Source: Acidimicrobiia bacterium
GTDB taxonomy: Bacteria; Actinomycetota; Acidimicrobiia; Spongiisociales; ZC4RG35
NCBI GenBank assembly: GCA_036380875.1
Contig: DASVDX010000086.1
Location: forward strand, 20,974-84,973
Direction of reading: 5' to 3'
DNA length: 64,000 nucleotides
The notes under the pieces were generated by a model. It did no database searches and was not told the origin of the DNA. It saw only the letters and a list, made by a program, of their open reading frames with translations. Positions 27,875 to 37,493 of this stretch are shown in pieces; the stretch's first letter is position 1, and every line of letters starts with the position of its first letter. Both the position numbers and the translations under genes were made by a program.

Positions 27875-28830
27875 GAGGCCTTCCTCTCGAGCTTCTCCGC
27901 TGCACGCAACCTGGCCGACCGGGCTCGGGGATTCCGCTCGACTTCCTCGGGCGAAGGTTCGATCGGGCGGCGGGTGAGGATTCGCAGCTCGGATGCCTCC
28001 CCGCACACGCAGACGGGAAGGTCGGGCGGGCACACGCAGCCGCCCGCACCGAGTGCGAAGCGGCGCTTGACGATGCGGTCCTCCAGGGAGTGGTAGGAGA
28101 TGACGGCGCACCGCCCGCCGGGGGCGAGCACCTCGAGGGCCTGATCGAGCCCGGTGCGCAGCGCCTCCAACTCCTGGTTGACGGCGATCCGCAGCGCCTG
28201 GAATGTTCGCCTGGCGGGATGGCCCTTGCGGCGGGCGGCGTGCGGCACGGCCGACGCCACGACCTCGGCGAGCTGCGTGGTGGTTCGGATGGGCCGGTTG
28301 GCGACGATGGCATCGGCGATGCGGTTGGCGTACCGCTCCTCGCCGTAGCGGCGGATCACGGCCGCGAGTTGGCGGCGGTCCCACGTGTTGACGATGTCGG
28401 CCGCCGACCGGGCGGTGTCGGGGCCCATCCGCATGTCGAGGGGACCTTCGTGGCGATACGAAAAACCCCGCGTCGCCTCGTCGAGTTGATGGCTGGACAC
28501 ACCCAGGTCGAAGAGGATTCCGACGGGGGCCTCGACCCCGGCTTCGTCGAGCAGGCGCCCGAGGTCGGCGAAGTTGCCCTGCAGGACGGTGACGTCGGGG
28601 TGGCCGGCGAGGTCGGAATGGGCGAGCGCGTCGGGATCACGGTCGATTCCGACGAATCGTGTTCCTTTCTGCATCTCGTCCATCAATCTCCTCGTGTGCC
28701 CCCCTCCGCCGAACGTGGCGTCGACCACCACGCCGGCGGGGAGGGGCTTGAACACCTCCGCGACCTCGGAAGCGAGGACCGGCTCGTGGTAGCTGTGCTC
28801 CCCCCGATCGGTTCTCGGTCCCTGGGTCAT
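27871..28830 (-). CDS. rsmH: 16S rRNA (cytosine1402-N4)-methyltransferase
   Basis: SAM-binding GVVVDATFGGGGH and the conserved DLGVSSHQLD motif. Start at MTQGPRT. The upstream ATG at 28857 is also possible. Confidence 0.9.
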   Translation of the reverse strand: MTQGPRTDRGEHSYHEPVLASEVAEVFKPLPAGVVVDATFGGGGHTRRLMDEMQKGTRFVGIDRDPDALAHSDLAGHPDVTVLQGNFADLGRLLDEAGVEAPVGILFDLGVSSHQLDEATRGFSYRHEGPLDMRMGPDTARSAADIVNTWDRRQLAAVIRRYGEERYANRIADAIVANRPIRTTTQLAEVVASAVPHAARRKGHPARRTFQALRIAVNQELEALRTGLDQALEVLAPGGRCAVISYHSLEDRIVKRRFALGAGGCVCPPDLPVCVCGEASELRILTRRPIEPSPEEVERNPRARSARLRAAEKLERKAS

Positions 28831-28943
28831 GGTCAGCCCCCCGGGCGCTGGCACCAATAGGAAGCGGGCGGAGTCAGGGGCCTTCCTTTGGTTACCGGGG
28901 GGCTGACCATGAACCAGAGCCAGCCGTTGTCTCGTCGGGGTCG

Positions 28944-29414
28944 TCAGAAGCCGGGTGTCTCCTCGCTCTCGCGGTACAGGGCGTCGGCAGCGGCCTGCTC
29001 CTCCTCGAACGCAGTCACGTCCCAGATCTCGATTCGGTCGAACACGCCGACCACGGCGACCTCGCTGGCGTTGTGGATCCCGGCGTACTCGCGCAGGCGC
29101 GGCTTGATCACGATCCGTCCCTGGGAATCCATCTTCTGGAGGTCGGCCGCGGCGAACTTGGCCCGGATGTCGCGGCGGGTCTCGCGGACCCGGGGGCGCT
29201 GGATCTCCTCTTCTGCCACCTGACGGAACTTGTCTTCGGTGAACACGACGAGGTTCCCGTCCGGGCCCTTGGTGACCACCACGTTGCCGCCTTCCTCCTT
29301 GATGACGGCGCGGAACGGGGCGGGCATCACGACCCGCCCTTTCTCGTCCAACGTGTGGATGTAGTCCCCAAGGAACACTCGTTCGCTCGCATGGTCAGTT
29401 GCTCGTCCTTCCAC
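28944..29414 (-). CDS. mraZ: Transcriptional regulator MraZ
   Basis: Two SpoVT/AbrB-like MraZ repeats with the DxxGR signatures (LDEKGRVVMP and MDSQGRIVIKP). An alternative GTG start at 29378 (VFLGDY) would match the canonical MFLG N-terminus. Confidence 0.85.
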   Translation of the reverse strand: MEGRATDHASERVFLGDYIHTLDEKGRVVMPAPFRAVIKEEGGNVVVTKGPDGNLVVFTEDKFRQVAEEEIQRPRVRETRRDIRAKFAAADLQKMDSQGRIVIKPRLREYAGIHNASEVAVVGVFDRIEIWDVTAFEEEQAAADALYRESEETPGF

Positions 29415-29429
29415 CCCCTGCGGGGTGAG

Positions 29430-29470
29430 TGCGTGCCACTATGCCCCACTTTCCCCCACTTTGTCAACCT
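29430..29470 (-). promoter_or_regulatory. Putative Pmra promoter with three 10-bp-phased GTGG(G) direct repeats (candidate MraZ operator)
   Basis: Minus-strand reading: TTGACA aaGTGGGGgaaaGTGGGGcataGTGGCAcgc. The -35-like TTGACA and a CATAGT -10-like hexamer sit about 18 nt apart. The repeats are spaced like published MraZ operators (GTGG[A/T]G-N4, TGGGN-N5). Confidence 0.5.
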
Positions 29471-29668
29471 ATCCCCCCACAACAAGGGCGCGAGACCCAC
29501 CCAGGGGGGCATCGGAGGACGCGACGAACCGGTCGCGAGTCGTAGGTGGTACGTGGTAGGTCGGCAGAGATCAGGAAGGCGCGACTCGCGACCAACCACC
29601 CAATCCCGGCGAGCGAAGCGAGCCGGCGACGACCGAGAGCTGGCGCCTGCCAGGCGGCAGCTCTCTAA

Positions 29669-30169
29669 TCAGCCGGCGGCTTTGAGATAAGGCTGCCAGG
29701 CCGGGTCGAGTGAGTAGCCGGCGGAGGCGTAGATCCAGGCGTAGTTGCGCGGCGCCTGCGGTTTGACCTGGAGGACGAGTCCCGCCTCTTGGGGCAGGCG
29801 GTCGCCTTTGCGCATGTTGCAGGTCCGACAGCAGGCCACGACGTTCTCCCAGGTGTGCTCACCGCCCCGGGACCGAGGGAGGACGTGGTCGATGCTCTCG
29901 GCCTGACCGCCGCAGTATTGGCAGGTGTACCCGTCCCGTCCGAAGACGGCCCGTCGGGTGACAGGCACGCTGTGGCGGTAGGGCACCTTGACGTAATAGG
30001 TGAGGCGGACGACCGACGGCACGGTGATCGTGGCCTTCTCCGACGACCACGTGATGTCCCGATCGACAACCGAGATCGCCCGGCCACGCATCACTAGGAC
30101 CACTGCCCGTCGACTTGGAACGACCGACAGCGGCTCGTAGGTGGCGTTGAGGACTAGAGCCCTGGCCAT
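29669..30169 (-). CDS. Small HNH endonuclease
   Basis: HNH core CQYCGG...DHVLPRSRGGEHTWENVVACCRTCNMRKG with CxxC zinc ligands. Confidence 0.75.
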   Translation of the reverse strand: MARALVLNATYEPLSVVPSRRAVVLVMRGRAISVVDRDITWSSEKATITVPSVVRLTYYVKVPYRHSVPVTRRAVFGRDGYTCQYCGGQAESIDHVLPRSRGGEHTWENVVACCRTCNMRKGDRLPQEAGLVLQVKPQAPRNYAWIYASAGYSLDPAWQPYLKAAG

Positions 30170-30206
30170 CGGCTACCTATCTTCGTCGGTAGCCGCAGAC
30201 TACCGC

Positions 30207-30950
30207 CTATCGGCGCTTCTGAGCACGCTCTTCGAGCATCTGCGACGCCACTTCCAAGAGTGCGGCCGGCCAGTTGCTCTCCACGACGCTCACCGTCGAG
30301 ACCCGTGGGGTGGTGCCCTCGTTGCCGGCGATCACGGTGAGGACCCGCACTCCTTCGATCGCCGACAGGTTCAGTCCGATGACGCTCATCGGCTCCCGGC
30401 CGGACGTCTCAGAGGCCATGTCGAGCACGGCCTGGACGATCGCCCGCGCCGAACTGGGCACCTGGCGGGTGACCGTCCTCTCGCCTTTGGTGAAGACGAC
30501 CTGGGCGACCGAATGCTCCCCTGCGGGCGTCACGGAGAGCTCGACCCTCTCTCCCGCCGGAGTGATGAGGGCGGCCGAGGCAGTGCCCGAGGAGACGACC
30601 CGCACCGGTGTCGGAGGCACCACGATCTCGGACGGCGACTCGTCGACGTCGAGGATCTCGTGCCGCGGCGGCTCGTCGTGATAGTGCGAGTTGCTCGACG
30701 TGGGCGGTGCCGCCACGCCGGCGGTGGCGAGCACCCGGGGGGACCGGGTGCCGTAGGCGACGAGGAGGCGTCGTACTCCCTCGAGGACGGCCAATTCGTC
30801 GGCGTCGTCGGTGAGCCGGACCGTTATTCCTTCGAGGCCGTCCTCACCCAGCTCCAGTTCGATGCTCTCTACCCCGGGAACCGATTCGAGTCGAGACTTC
30901 AGACCGTTCATCTGCTCCTCCGCTGCACGGCGCGGAGCTGCCGCCGCCAT
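30207..30950 (-). CDS. Hypothetical protein with three internal ~60-aa repeats
   Basis: No recognisable catalytic motif. Repeated G[VI]E.I.L...V.L blocks. The start may be the internal MNGLKS at 30911. Confidence 0.5.
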   Translation of the reverse strand: MAAAAPRRAAEEQMNGLKSRLESVPGVESIELELGEDGLEGITVRLTDDADELAVLEGVRRLLVAYGTRSPRVLATAGVAAPPTSSNSHYHDEPPRHEILDVDESPSEIVVPPTPVRVVSSGTASAALITPAGERVELSVTPAGEHSVAQVVFTKGERTVTRQVPSSARAIVQAVLDMASETSGREPMSVIGLNLSAIEGVRVLTVIAGNEGTTPRVSTVSVVESNWPAALLEVASQMLEERAQKRR

Positions 30951-31238
30951 TCGAGAAAATGTACGAGATCCTCCACCTGGACGGATGCGTCAGGAGCGCC
31001 ATAGGCCGTTGCGATCCGCCAACGGATCAGAGGCCGGGAGGGAAGGATCCCCCGGCGAGAACGAAATGCCCAGGCCGTTCGCAGCGCCTCCGCGGCCAGC
31101 AAGGGACGCGCGGCCAGCTCGACCCATTTCACCTACGCCTCCTTTCGATTGAGCCACCCCGAGGACCATCACCCTACCCCCGGATTGCGATCTGTCGACG
31201 GTAAAGTCGAGGGACGTTCGTCCTATCGGGAGTGAGGT

Positions 31239-32213
31239 TTGTCCAGCGCCGAAATCCAGTGGTTCTCCCGGCGTTTCCACGAGATCGCCTCGAACGTAGA
31301 GCGGGTGATTCAGGGGAAGCGCGCGGTGATCGATCAGGTACTGGCATGCCTCGTCGCCGAGGGTCATGTCATCGTCGAGGACGTCCCCGGAGTCGGGAAG
31401 ACGCTCCTCGCCAAGTCGCTCGCGCGATCGATCGAGTGTGAGTCGTCCCGCATCCAGTTCACTCCCGACCTCCTCCCCTCGGACGTCACCGGGGTGTCGG
31501 TGTGGGACCGTCAGCGGGGCGAGTTCACGTTCAAGCCGGGACCGATCTTCTCCAACATCGTCATAGGCGACGAGATCAACCGGGCCAGCCCCAAGACACA
31601 GGCGGCGATGCTCGAGGCGATGGAAGAACGCCAGGTCACCTACGACGGCGTCACCCGGCCACTCGAGGCACCCTTCATGGTGATCGCCACCCAGAACCCT
31701 CTCGAGCACGAAGGCACCTACCCCCTCCCCGAGGCGCAACTCGACCGGTTCATGATGAGGGTGGAGCTGGGCTACCCCTCTCACACCACCACCCTGGAGA
31801 TCCTCGACACCCACGGCGTCCGCTCCACCTACCTGGACCTGATGCCGGTGGCCTCGGCCAAGGACGTGCTGGCGATGGTGGAGGTCGCCCAGACCGTCAA
31901 CGTCTCCGAGCCGGTGAAGCACTACATCATCGATCTCGTCGAGGCGACCCGGAGCCATCCCGACATCTACCTCGGGGCGTCGACTCGTTCGGCCCTGTTC
32001 CTGCTGCGAATCGCCCGGGTGTGGGCGGCGGCCGCCGGTCGTGACTTCGTGCTGCCCGACGACGTGAAGACGCTGGCTGTCCCCGTGCTCGGCCATCGGA
32101 TGGCACTGCGGCCGGAGGCAGTGATCCGGGGCTCGGAGATGGGACAGATCGTCGCCGAGATCCTCGATCACCTCGAGGTCCCCGGGACCGTCCAGCGTTC
32201 CACCGCCAGCTGA
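31239..32213 (+). CDS. MoxR-family AAA+ ATPase
   Basis: Walker A EDVPGVGKT, Walker B and sensor regions. Typical size of about 320 aa. ATGA-type overlap with the downstream DUF58 gene. Confidence 0.9.
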   Translation: MSSAEIQWFSRRFHEIASNVERVIQGKRAVIDQVLACLVAEGHVIVEDVPGVGKTLLAKSLARSIECESSRIQFTPDLLPSDVTGVSVWDRQRGEFTFKPGPIFSNIVIGDEINRASPKTQAAMLEAMEERQVTYDGVTRPLEAPFMVIATQNPLEHEGTYPLPEAQLDRFMMRVELGYPSHTTTLEILDTHGVRSTYLDLMPVASAKDVLAMVEVAQTVNVSEPVKHYIIDLVEATRSHPDIYLGASTRSALFLLRIARVWAAAAGRDFVLPDDVKTLAVPVLGHRMALRPEAVIRGSEMGQIVAEILDHLEVPGTVQRSTAS

Positions 32214-33397
32214 TGCTCACCCAACGCGGCTGGGGAACGGCGGGCGCAGGCACCGCACTCGCCCTGCTCTGGTTTCTTTTCGGCGAACCGGAACTCGGCG
32301 TGGCGGCACTTCTCCTCCTCACCGCGGTCGTCGCGGCTCTCGTGTGGATCCGACGCGGGCAGCCCCACGTCGAGATCCGCCGACATACCTCCCCTACCGC
32401 CGTCCACGACGGCGACCACGCCTCGGTCACTCTCCACATCACCAACGAGGGAGTACCGCTGCGACAGCTCACCGTCACCGACGAGGTCGCCGGGCTGGGG
32501 ACGGCAGAGTTCGCCACCGCCAGCCTTCCCCGCAACGCCACGTACAGGGCGACGTACCGGGTGCTGTGTCGGCCCCGGGGCGTCTACCCGATCGGGCCGA
32601 CCGGCCTGACCGTCTCGGACCCGCTCGGTCTGGCGTTTCTGTCGACCAAGGCCGGGCGCGTCGACACCCTGGTCGTCTACCCGGCGGTGGAGGATTTGAC
32701 CGAGCTCCCGGAGGTTCTGGGACGCAACATGGCGATCCGGGCCCACCGTCCCGAGCACAGCCAGCGCGGCGGTGAGGACTTCTACACGCTCCGCGAGTAC
32801 CAGCAAGGAGACGACCTCCGCCGGATCCACTGGCCGTCGTCGGCCCGCCACGACCGGTTGATGATCCGCCAGCTCGAGATCCCCTGGCAGGCCCGCTCGC
32901 TCGTGATCCTCGACGTGCGCGCCGAGGCGTACTCCAACCCGTCTGCCTTCGAGGCAGCCGTGTCGGGAGCGGCGTCGGTGATCCACCATCTCATGAACAA
33001 CGCCTTCGACACGCAGGTGTGGATGGGCGGGCCGACCGTGACCGTGAGCACCGGATCCGGCTACGCCGTGGCCATGGAGCGCCTCGCCCAGGTGAAGACC
33101 CAGGAGGGTCTCGAGTTGGCGGCGGCGGCGTCACGCCTCCGCTACCAGGGCGGCGGCGGAATGCTGGTGATGGCCACCGGCTCCCCCGACGCCTCGCTCC
33201 TGGGCCTCGCCCGGGTGCTGGCCCCCGAGTACCCGACGGCGGCGATCCTGGTGGCAGACAACGGGGCGGCATCCTCGGTCACCGACTTCCAGCGGGCCGG
33301 GATCCTGACCGTGACCCTCGACAGCGCCGGAGGCTGGGCGCCGTCTTGGAACCGAGCAATGAGGACGACATGGCACGCCGTCTCGGCTGGTTCGTAG
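32213..33397 (+). CDS. DUF58-domain protein (VWA-like partner of MoxR)
   Basis: Conserved DFYTLREYQQGDDLRRIHWPSSAR block diagnostic of DUF58. N-terminal TM segment. Confidence 0.8.
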   Translation: MLTQRGWGTAGAGTALALLWFLFGEPELGVAALLLLTAVVAALVWIRRGQPHVEIRRHTSPTAVHDGDHASVTLHITNEGVPLRQLTVTDEVAGLGTAEFATASLPRNATYRATYRVLCRPRGVYPIGPTGLTVSDPLGLAFLSTKAGRVDTLVVYPAVEDLTELPEVLGRNMAIRAHRPEHSQRGGEDFYTLREYQQGDDLRRIHWPSSARHDRLMIRQLEIPWQARSLVILDVRAEAYSNPSAFEAAVSGAASVIHHLMNNAFDTQVWMGGPTVTVSTGSGYAVAMERLAQVKTQEGLELAAAASRLRYQGGGGMLVMATGSPDASLLGLARVLAPEYPTAAILVADNGAASSVTDFQRAGILTVTLDSAGGWAPSWNRAMRTTWHAVSAGS

Positions 33398-35649
33398 GCG
33401 TCGGAGCGATCCTCCTCGTCCTCGCCCGGCTCACACAGGTGCTCGAGCCGGCCGTGGACACGCCCGACTGGAGGCTCATCGTCCCCGCCGCCGCCCTCGG
33501 CGGAGTCCTCGTCACCTGGGCCACGGCCCGTCTCAGCCCCGACCGCCAGGTGGTCATCCACGTCGTCGCCCTGTTGGTGCTGGTGCTGCGGATCACGGTG
33601 TCGGATACGCTTCGCTTCGGGATCCTCCCCACGGCTGACACGATGCCGGCGCTGGCGGAGCGGATGGCCTACGCCCTCGACATCATCCGCTACGGCGCCC
33701 CTCCGGTGCTGGCGGTCGTCGGGCTGGTGGCCTTGTCTGCGGTTGCGCTCTGGGTGATCGGAGCGGTGTGGGCGTGGTCGGTGACCTCGGGCCGAACCTG
33801 GGCGGGGATCGTGGCGCCTCTCGGCTTCTATCTCTACCTCGCGGTCGTCGACCGCGACCCATCCACCTTGGTGTGGCACATCGCCTTCGCCGTGGTGGCC
33901 GCGCTCGGTCTCGTGGCCACGTCCAACGCCGTGCCGTCGGGTGCGGGCCACCTCCGCTCGCCCGACGAGAGTGCACTTCCCCGCTGGGAGCCGGCACCGG
34001 CCGGCCGCATCGCCTCGGTGACGGCTGTGATCGGTGTCGCCGGCGTCCTCGTCTTCGGCGGTTTCGTGCCCGAAGGGGGCGCCATCAACTGGAGGGCTCC
34101 GGGAGGGGAAGGGTTCGGCGCCGGCAGCGGCTTCGCCTCCAGCCGCTTCGTGAGCCTGCGCCAGAGCATCCTGTCGCTCTCCGATGAGCCGGTTTTCGTG
34201 GCCACGGTGGAGCCCGACCGCCCCGAGGGAACCGCCGGCTATTGGCGGCTGCTGACACTCGACCAGTACACCGGCCAGGAGTGGATCGCCCGCGGGCAGG
34301 CGTTCTCCGAGCCGGGGAGCGGCGACGTCGAGGTCCCTGCCGACCAGACGCAGACGATCACCCAGACGATCCGCATCGAGTCGCTGCGCGACGACCGCCT
34401 GCCATCCGTCTACCTGCCCCAGCGAGTGGAGTCGGCGGATCCGGTCATCCGATCCGGCACCGCATTGGCCGCCGACGGCAGCCTCCGCCTCAACGCCCTC
34501 ACGTTCCAGGGTCTCGCCTATCGAGTCGAGTCCACCGTCCCGGTTCTCGACCTCGACACCCTGGCCAGCGAAGACGGCCAACTCACTCCCCTGTTCGCCG
34601 AAGCCGTCGAGGAAGGACTCCTCGACATCGAGCCCACCGACCCCGACGTCCCGACCCGGCCGGCCGAGATCGACTCGTACCTGTCGCTGCCGGCGATCGA
34701 CCCGGCCATCACCCGGTTGGCAGCAGAGGTCACCGCCGGGGCGTCGTCGCCTTTCGAGCGAGCCTTGATGCTCGAGGACTTCCTCCGGACGTTCGAGTAC
34801 AGCACCGACGTCTCCACGGGACATTCCGCCCTCGACCTGGCCGCCTGGTTGACGGACCCGGAGAGCCCCAACTACCGCACCGGCTACTGCGAGCAGTTCG
34901 CGGCAGCGATGGCGGTGATGGGACGCGTGGTGTCCTTGCCCACGCGGGTGGTGATCGGGTTCACCGGCGGCGAGGTCATCGAGACGGCCGACGGGCCGCT
35001 CATCGTGGTTCGGGAGCGAAACGCCCACGCCTGGGTAGAGGTCTGGTTGGACGGCCACGGCTGGGTCGGGTTCGACCCCACCCCCCGATCCGACGGGGCC
35101 ACGACGCCGCTGGCTCGGACCCTGGGACTAACGAACGTCGACCAACTCACCGAGCGGATCGAGTTCGGGGAGGAGGGCTTGAGCGGGAATATCCCGGACT
35201 TCGTCGACGATCCGGGAATGGTGGGTGTGGACATCCGGGAAGGAGGCCTGGGAGGCGCAGGGGGCGGGCCGCCGCCGCTGATCCTGATCGCGGTGACGGT
35301 GGTACTCGCCGCCGCTGCGACGCTGCCGGCGCTCAAGGCGTGGCGCACCGGGCGGCGCATGCGTCGTGCCCGCCACGGGGACATCACCGCGGTGTGGGAG
35401 GAAATCGTCGACCGCCTCACCGACTTGGGCCACGCGCCGGCCCCCAATCAGACGCCGATCGAGTACGCCGAAGCGATGGCGCCGGAGCTAGTCCCGCTGG
35501 CATGGGCCTATTCGGCGGCGTTGTACGGAGGACGCCAGCCCGCCGACGTCGACGCCCACCTCCATGCGGCCGGGCAGTGGCTGGACGAGGCGTTCGAACG
35601 GTCGGAGCGGACGCGCGCAGTCTTTTCGCTCAGGTCACTGCGTAGATAG
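33370..35649 (+). CDS. Transglutaminase-like domain membrane protein
   Basis: Multi-TM N-terminus. C-terminal transglutaminase core with catalytic Cys (YCEQFAAAM), His (HAWVEVW) and Asp (GFDPT). Start at MARRLGWF inside the track ORF 33019..35649. Third member of the MoxR/DUF58/TGase triad. Confidence 0.8.
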   Translation: MARRLGWFVGVGAILLVLARLTQVLEPAVDTPDWRLIVPAAALGGVLVTWATARLSPDRQVVIHVVALLVLVLRITVSDTLRFGILPTADTMPALAERMAYALDIIRYGAPPVLAVVGLVALSAVALWVIGAVWAWSVTSGRTWAGIVAPLGFYLYLAVVDRDPSTLVWHIAFAVVAALGLVATSNAVPSGAGHLRSPDESALPRWEPAPAGRIASVTAVIGVAGVLVFGGFVPEGGAINWRAPGGEGFGAGSGFASSRFVSLRQSILSLSDEPVFVATVEPDRPEGTAGYWRLLTLDQYTGQEWIARGQAFSEPGSGDVEVPADQTQTITQTIRIESLRDDRLPSVYLPQRVESADPVIRSGTALAADGSLRLNALTFQGLAYRVESTVPVLDLDTLASEDGQLTPLFAEAVEEGLLDIEPTDPDVPTRPAEIDSYLSLPAIDPAITRLAAEVTAGASSPFERALMLEDFLRTFEYSTDVSTGHSALDLAAWLTDPESPNYRTGYCEQFAAAMAVMGRVVSLPTRVVIGFTGGEVIETADGPLIVVRERNAHAWVEVWLDGHGWVGFDPTPRSDGATTPLARTLGLTNVDQLTERIEFGEEGLSGNIPDFVDDPGMVGVDIREGGLGGAGGGPPPLILIAVTVVLAAAATLPALKAWRTGRRMRRARHGDITAVWEEIVDRLTDLGHAPAPNQTPIEYAEAMAPELVPLAWAYSAALYGGRQPADVDAHLHAAGQWLDEAFERSERTRAVFSLRSLRR

Positions 35650-35652
35650 TCG

Positions 35653-35675
35653 GCAGACGGCAGACGGCAGACGAG
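35653..35675. repeat. Tandem heptamer GGCAGAC x3
   Basis: cGGCAGAcGGCAGAcGGCAGAcg immediately after the transglutaminase stop. Confidence 0.5.
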
Positions 35676-35749
35676 GCGACAGCCGACGCGAACCGCGCCA
35701 AGTCGAGGCGCTCAGACGGGCGCGACCCGATCAGACGCGAGTACGCCGA

Positions 35750-35785
35750 CGCGCGGGGGGTACGGGGGGTCGCCCCCCCGCCCGA
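35750..35785. terminator. GC-only hairpin between convergent genes (candidate bidirectional terminator)
   Basis: GGGGGGtacGGGGGGtcgCCCCCCCgccc. A G6/C6-7 stem lies between the transglutaminase stop (+) and the merR stop (-). There is no U-tract, so an intrinsic terminator is only an inference. Confidence 0.35.
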
Positions 35786-35804
35786 GCGAAGCTCGGGAGA
35801 ATCG

Positions 35805-36308
35805 TCACTGCGCTTCTTCGCGGACGTCGTCTTCGACGCGGCGCAGCACCTCGAGGAACTGTTCCCGGTCGAGCTCGAAGCGGGTGACGTCCTCTTCCAC
35901 GTCACGGGCGATCTCGTCGATGGCGACGAAGAACGCCAACTGACCGTTGCGGAGGGCGTCGAGCAGTTCGCCGTCGCTGCTGGCCACACTGAAGATCGAC
36001 TTGCCGTCGGTGACCAGCTTGACCGAGGCCAAGTGGTCGTCGAAGGGGGCGTGGCGACGGAGATACTCCCAGGCCCGTCGCACCCTCTGCAGTGACATTC
36101 CGTTGTCGAGAAGCCCCTTTACCACCCGGAGAGCGACCAGGTCCCGAAAGGAATAGAGGCGCCGCACCCCAGGTCGTCCCCCGCTGCTCTGGATCGAAGG
36201 CTTCACCAACCCGACCCGGTCCCAGTACCTCAACTGATGTGGCGTACAGCCCGTCAACCTGGATGCCTGGTCGGCAGTGAATGCCTGTTCCGACAATGCT
36301 TCTCCCAA
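35805..36308 (-). CDS. MerR-family transcriptional regulator (Rv2175c-like)
   Basis: N-terminal HTH FTADQASRLTGCTPHQLRYWDRVGLVKP. Actinobacterial synteny near the dcw cluster. Confidence 0.8.
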   Translation of the reverse strand: MGEALSEQAFTADQASRLTGCTPHQLRYWDRVGLVKPSIQSSGGRPGVRRLYSFRDLVALRVVKGLLDNGMSLQRVRRAWEYLRRHAPFDDHLASVKLVTDGKSIFSVASSDGELLDALRNGQLAFFVAIDEIARDVEEDVTRFELDREQFLEVLRRVEDDVREEAQ

Positions 36309-36403
36309 CGTCTCTCAGCGCCGGAGAGGAAACCGGCGAAACTTCCTCACACTTGCTTCCGCCACGAGACGACGGAAGGATCGGTCACTCTAGCCGACCG
36401 AAT

Positions 36404-36739
36404 TCAGCGGCGTCCGAACGGCCTCCGGGGCCAGATCGAACGGTCCTCCGAACCCGAATCGGGATCGCCGAGTGACCAACCGCGCCGATGGATTTCGTGG
36501 GCGAGCGCGGTCGCCGAGACCACCATGAGAGTGAATCCGGCCAAGGCGACGAGGGTCTGGCTGGTGAAGAACGCCACCACGATGGCGAGTCCACCGATGA
36601 GCCCCACCAACGGGAGCCGAATGCCGATGCCGCGCGAGCGGTCGATGTTCTTGACAGCCTGCACGAGGTCGGGATCGTCCTCGTAGAACTGCCTTTCGAT
36701 CTCCGCCAGAATCCGTTGCTCTCGATCGTCGAGCGGCAT
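36404..36739 (-). CDS. DUF3040-domain membrane protein
   Basis: MPLDDREQRILAEIERQFYEDDPDL N-terminus characteristic of DUF3040, followed by two TM helices. Start at MPLDD inside the track ORF 36404..36904. Confidence 0.6.
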   Translation of the reverse strand: MPLDDREQRILAEIERQFYEDDPDLVQAVKNIDRSRGIGIRLPLVGLIGGLAIVVAFFTSQTLVALAGFTLMVVSATALAHEIHRRGWSLGDPDSGSEDRSIWPRRPFGRR

Positions 36740-36890
36740 CCTCTTCGTCCTCGCGATGGGGGTTCCCTGCGACCCCGTCTTGGCGCCCAGTATACGAAGG
36801 CCGGAAGCAATGCGACATGGCCGCTGCGAACGATTTTGCGCCTTTCCCCGGCTTCCAGCTTGAAGGCCCGAATCACTACCCTCGCGGGCG

Positions 36891-37493
36891 ATGGCGGCCC
36901 GCATCCACCTCGTCCGTCACGGCGAGGTCCACAACCCCGACCACCTCGTGTATGCGTCTCTGCCCGGGTTCAGGTTGTCTCCCCGGGGCGAGGCCCAAGC
37001 ACGCGCCGTGGCGCGTTATCTCGGCCGACAGCCGATCGTCGGCGTGTGGTCGTCGCCGCTCGAACGGGCGCTGCTCACCGCCGAGCCGCTCGCCCAACGG
37101 GTAGGGCTTCCCGTGAAGACCGATGACGCCCTGACTGAATGGCAGCTAATGGCCCGCTGGGCCGGCATCAGCTGGGAGGACATACCCAAGAAGTTCCCCG
37201 GCGAACTCGAGGCCTTCCTCGATGATCCGACCCGGCTTGACTTCTCCCCCGAGTCTTTGGACGACCTCGCGCGTCGCATCGCCGGCACGGTCCAGCGGCT
37301 CCACGAGTCGCACCCTCACGGCGACATAGTGGTCGTGTCCCACTCGGCCCCGATCCGGGCCGGTGTTCTCCGTCTCACGGGATCGTCTCTGAGCGACTTC
37401 TGGGCAGACGAGCCCGGTCACGGCGCCGTGACGACACTCCGACCGGGAGCACCATGGGAGATCGAGACAGTCTGGGTTCCGGAGACGGAATGA
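36891..37493 (+). CDS. Histidine phosphatase family protein (phosphoglycerate mutase-like)
   Basis: Catalytic RHGE motif (LVRHGEVHN) and a C-terminal His (VVSHSAPIRA). Confidence 0.8.
   Translation: MAARIHLVRHGEVHNPDHLVYASLPGFRLSPRGEAQARAVARYLGRQPIVGVWSSPLERALLTAEPLAQRVGLPVKTDDALTEWQLMARWAGISWEDIPKKFPGELEAFLDDPTRLDFSPESLDDLARRIAGTVQRLHESHPHGDIVVVSHSAPIRAGVLRLTGSSLSDFWADEPGHGAVTTLRPGAPWEIETVWVPETE

Noticed and set aside
33142-35058. 638-aa ORF antisense to the transglutaminase-like gene
   Set aside because: Low-complexity Gly/Arg/Asp-rich translation with no domain. It is a stop-codon-poor antisense frame of GC-rich DNA.
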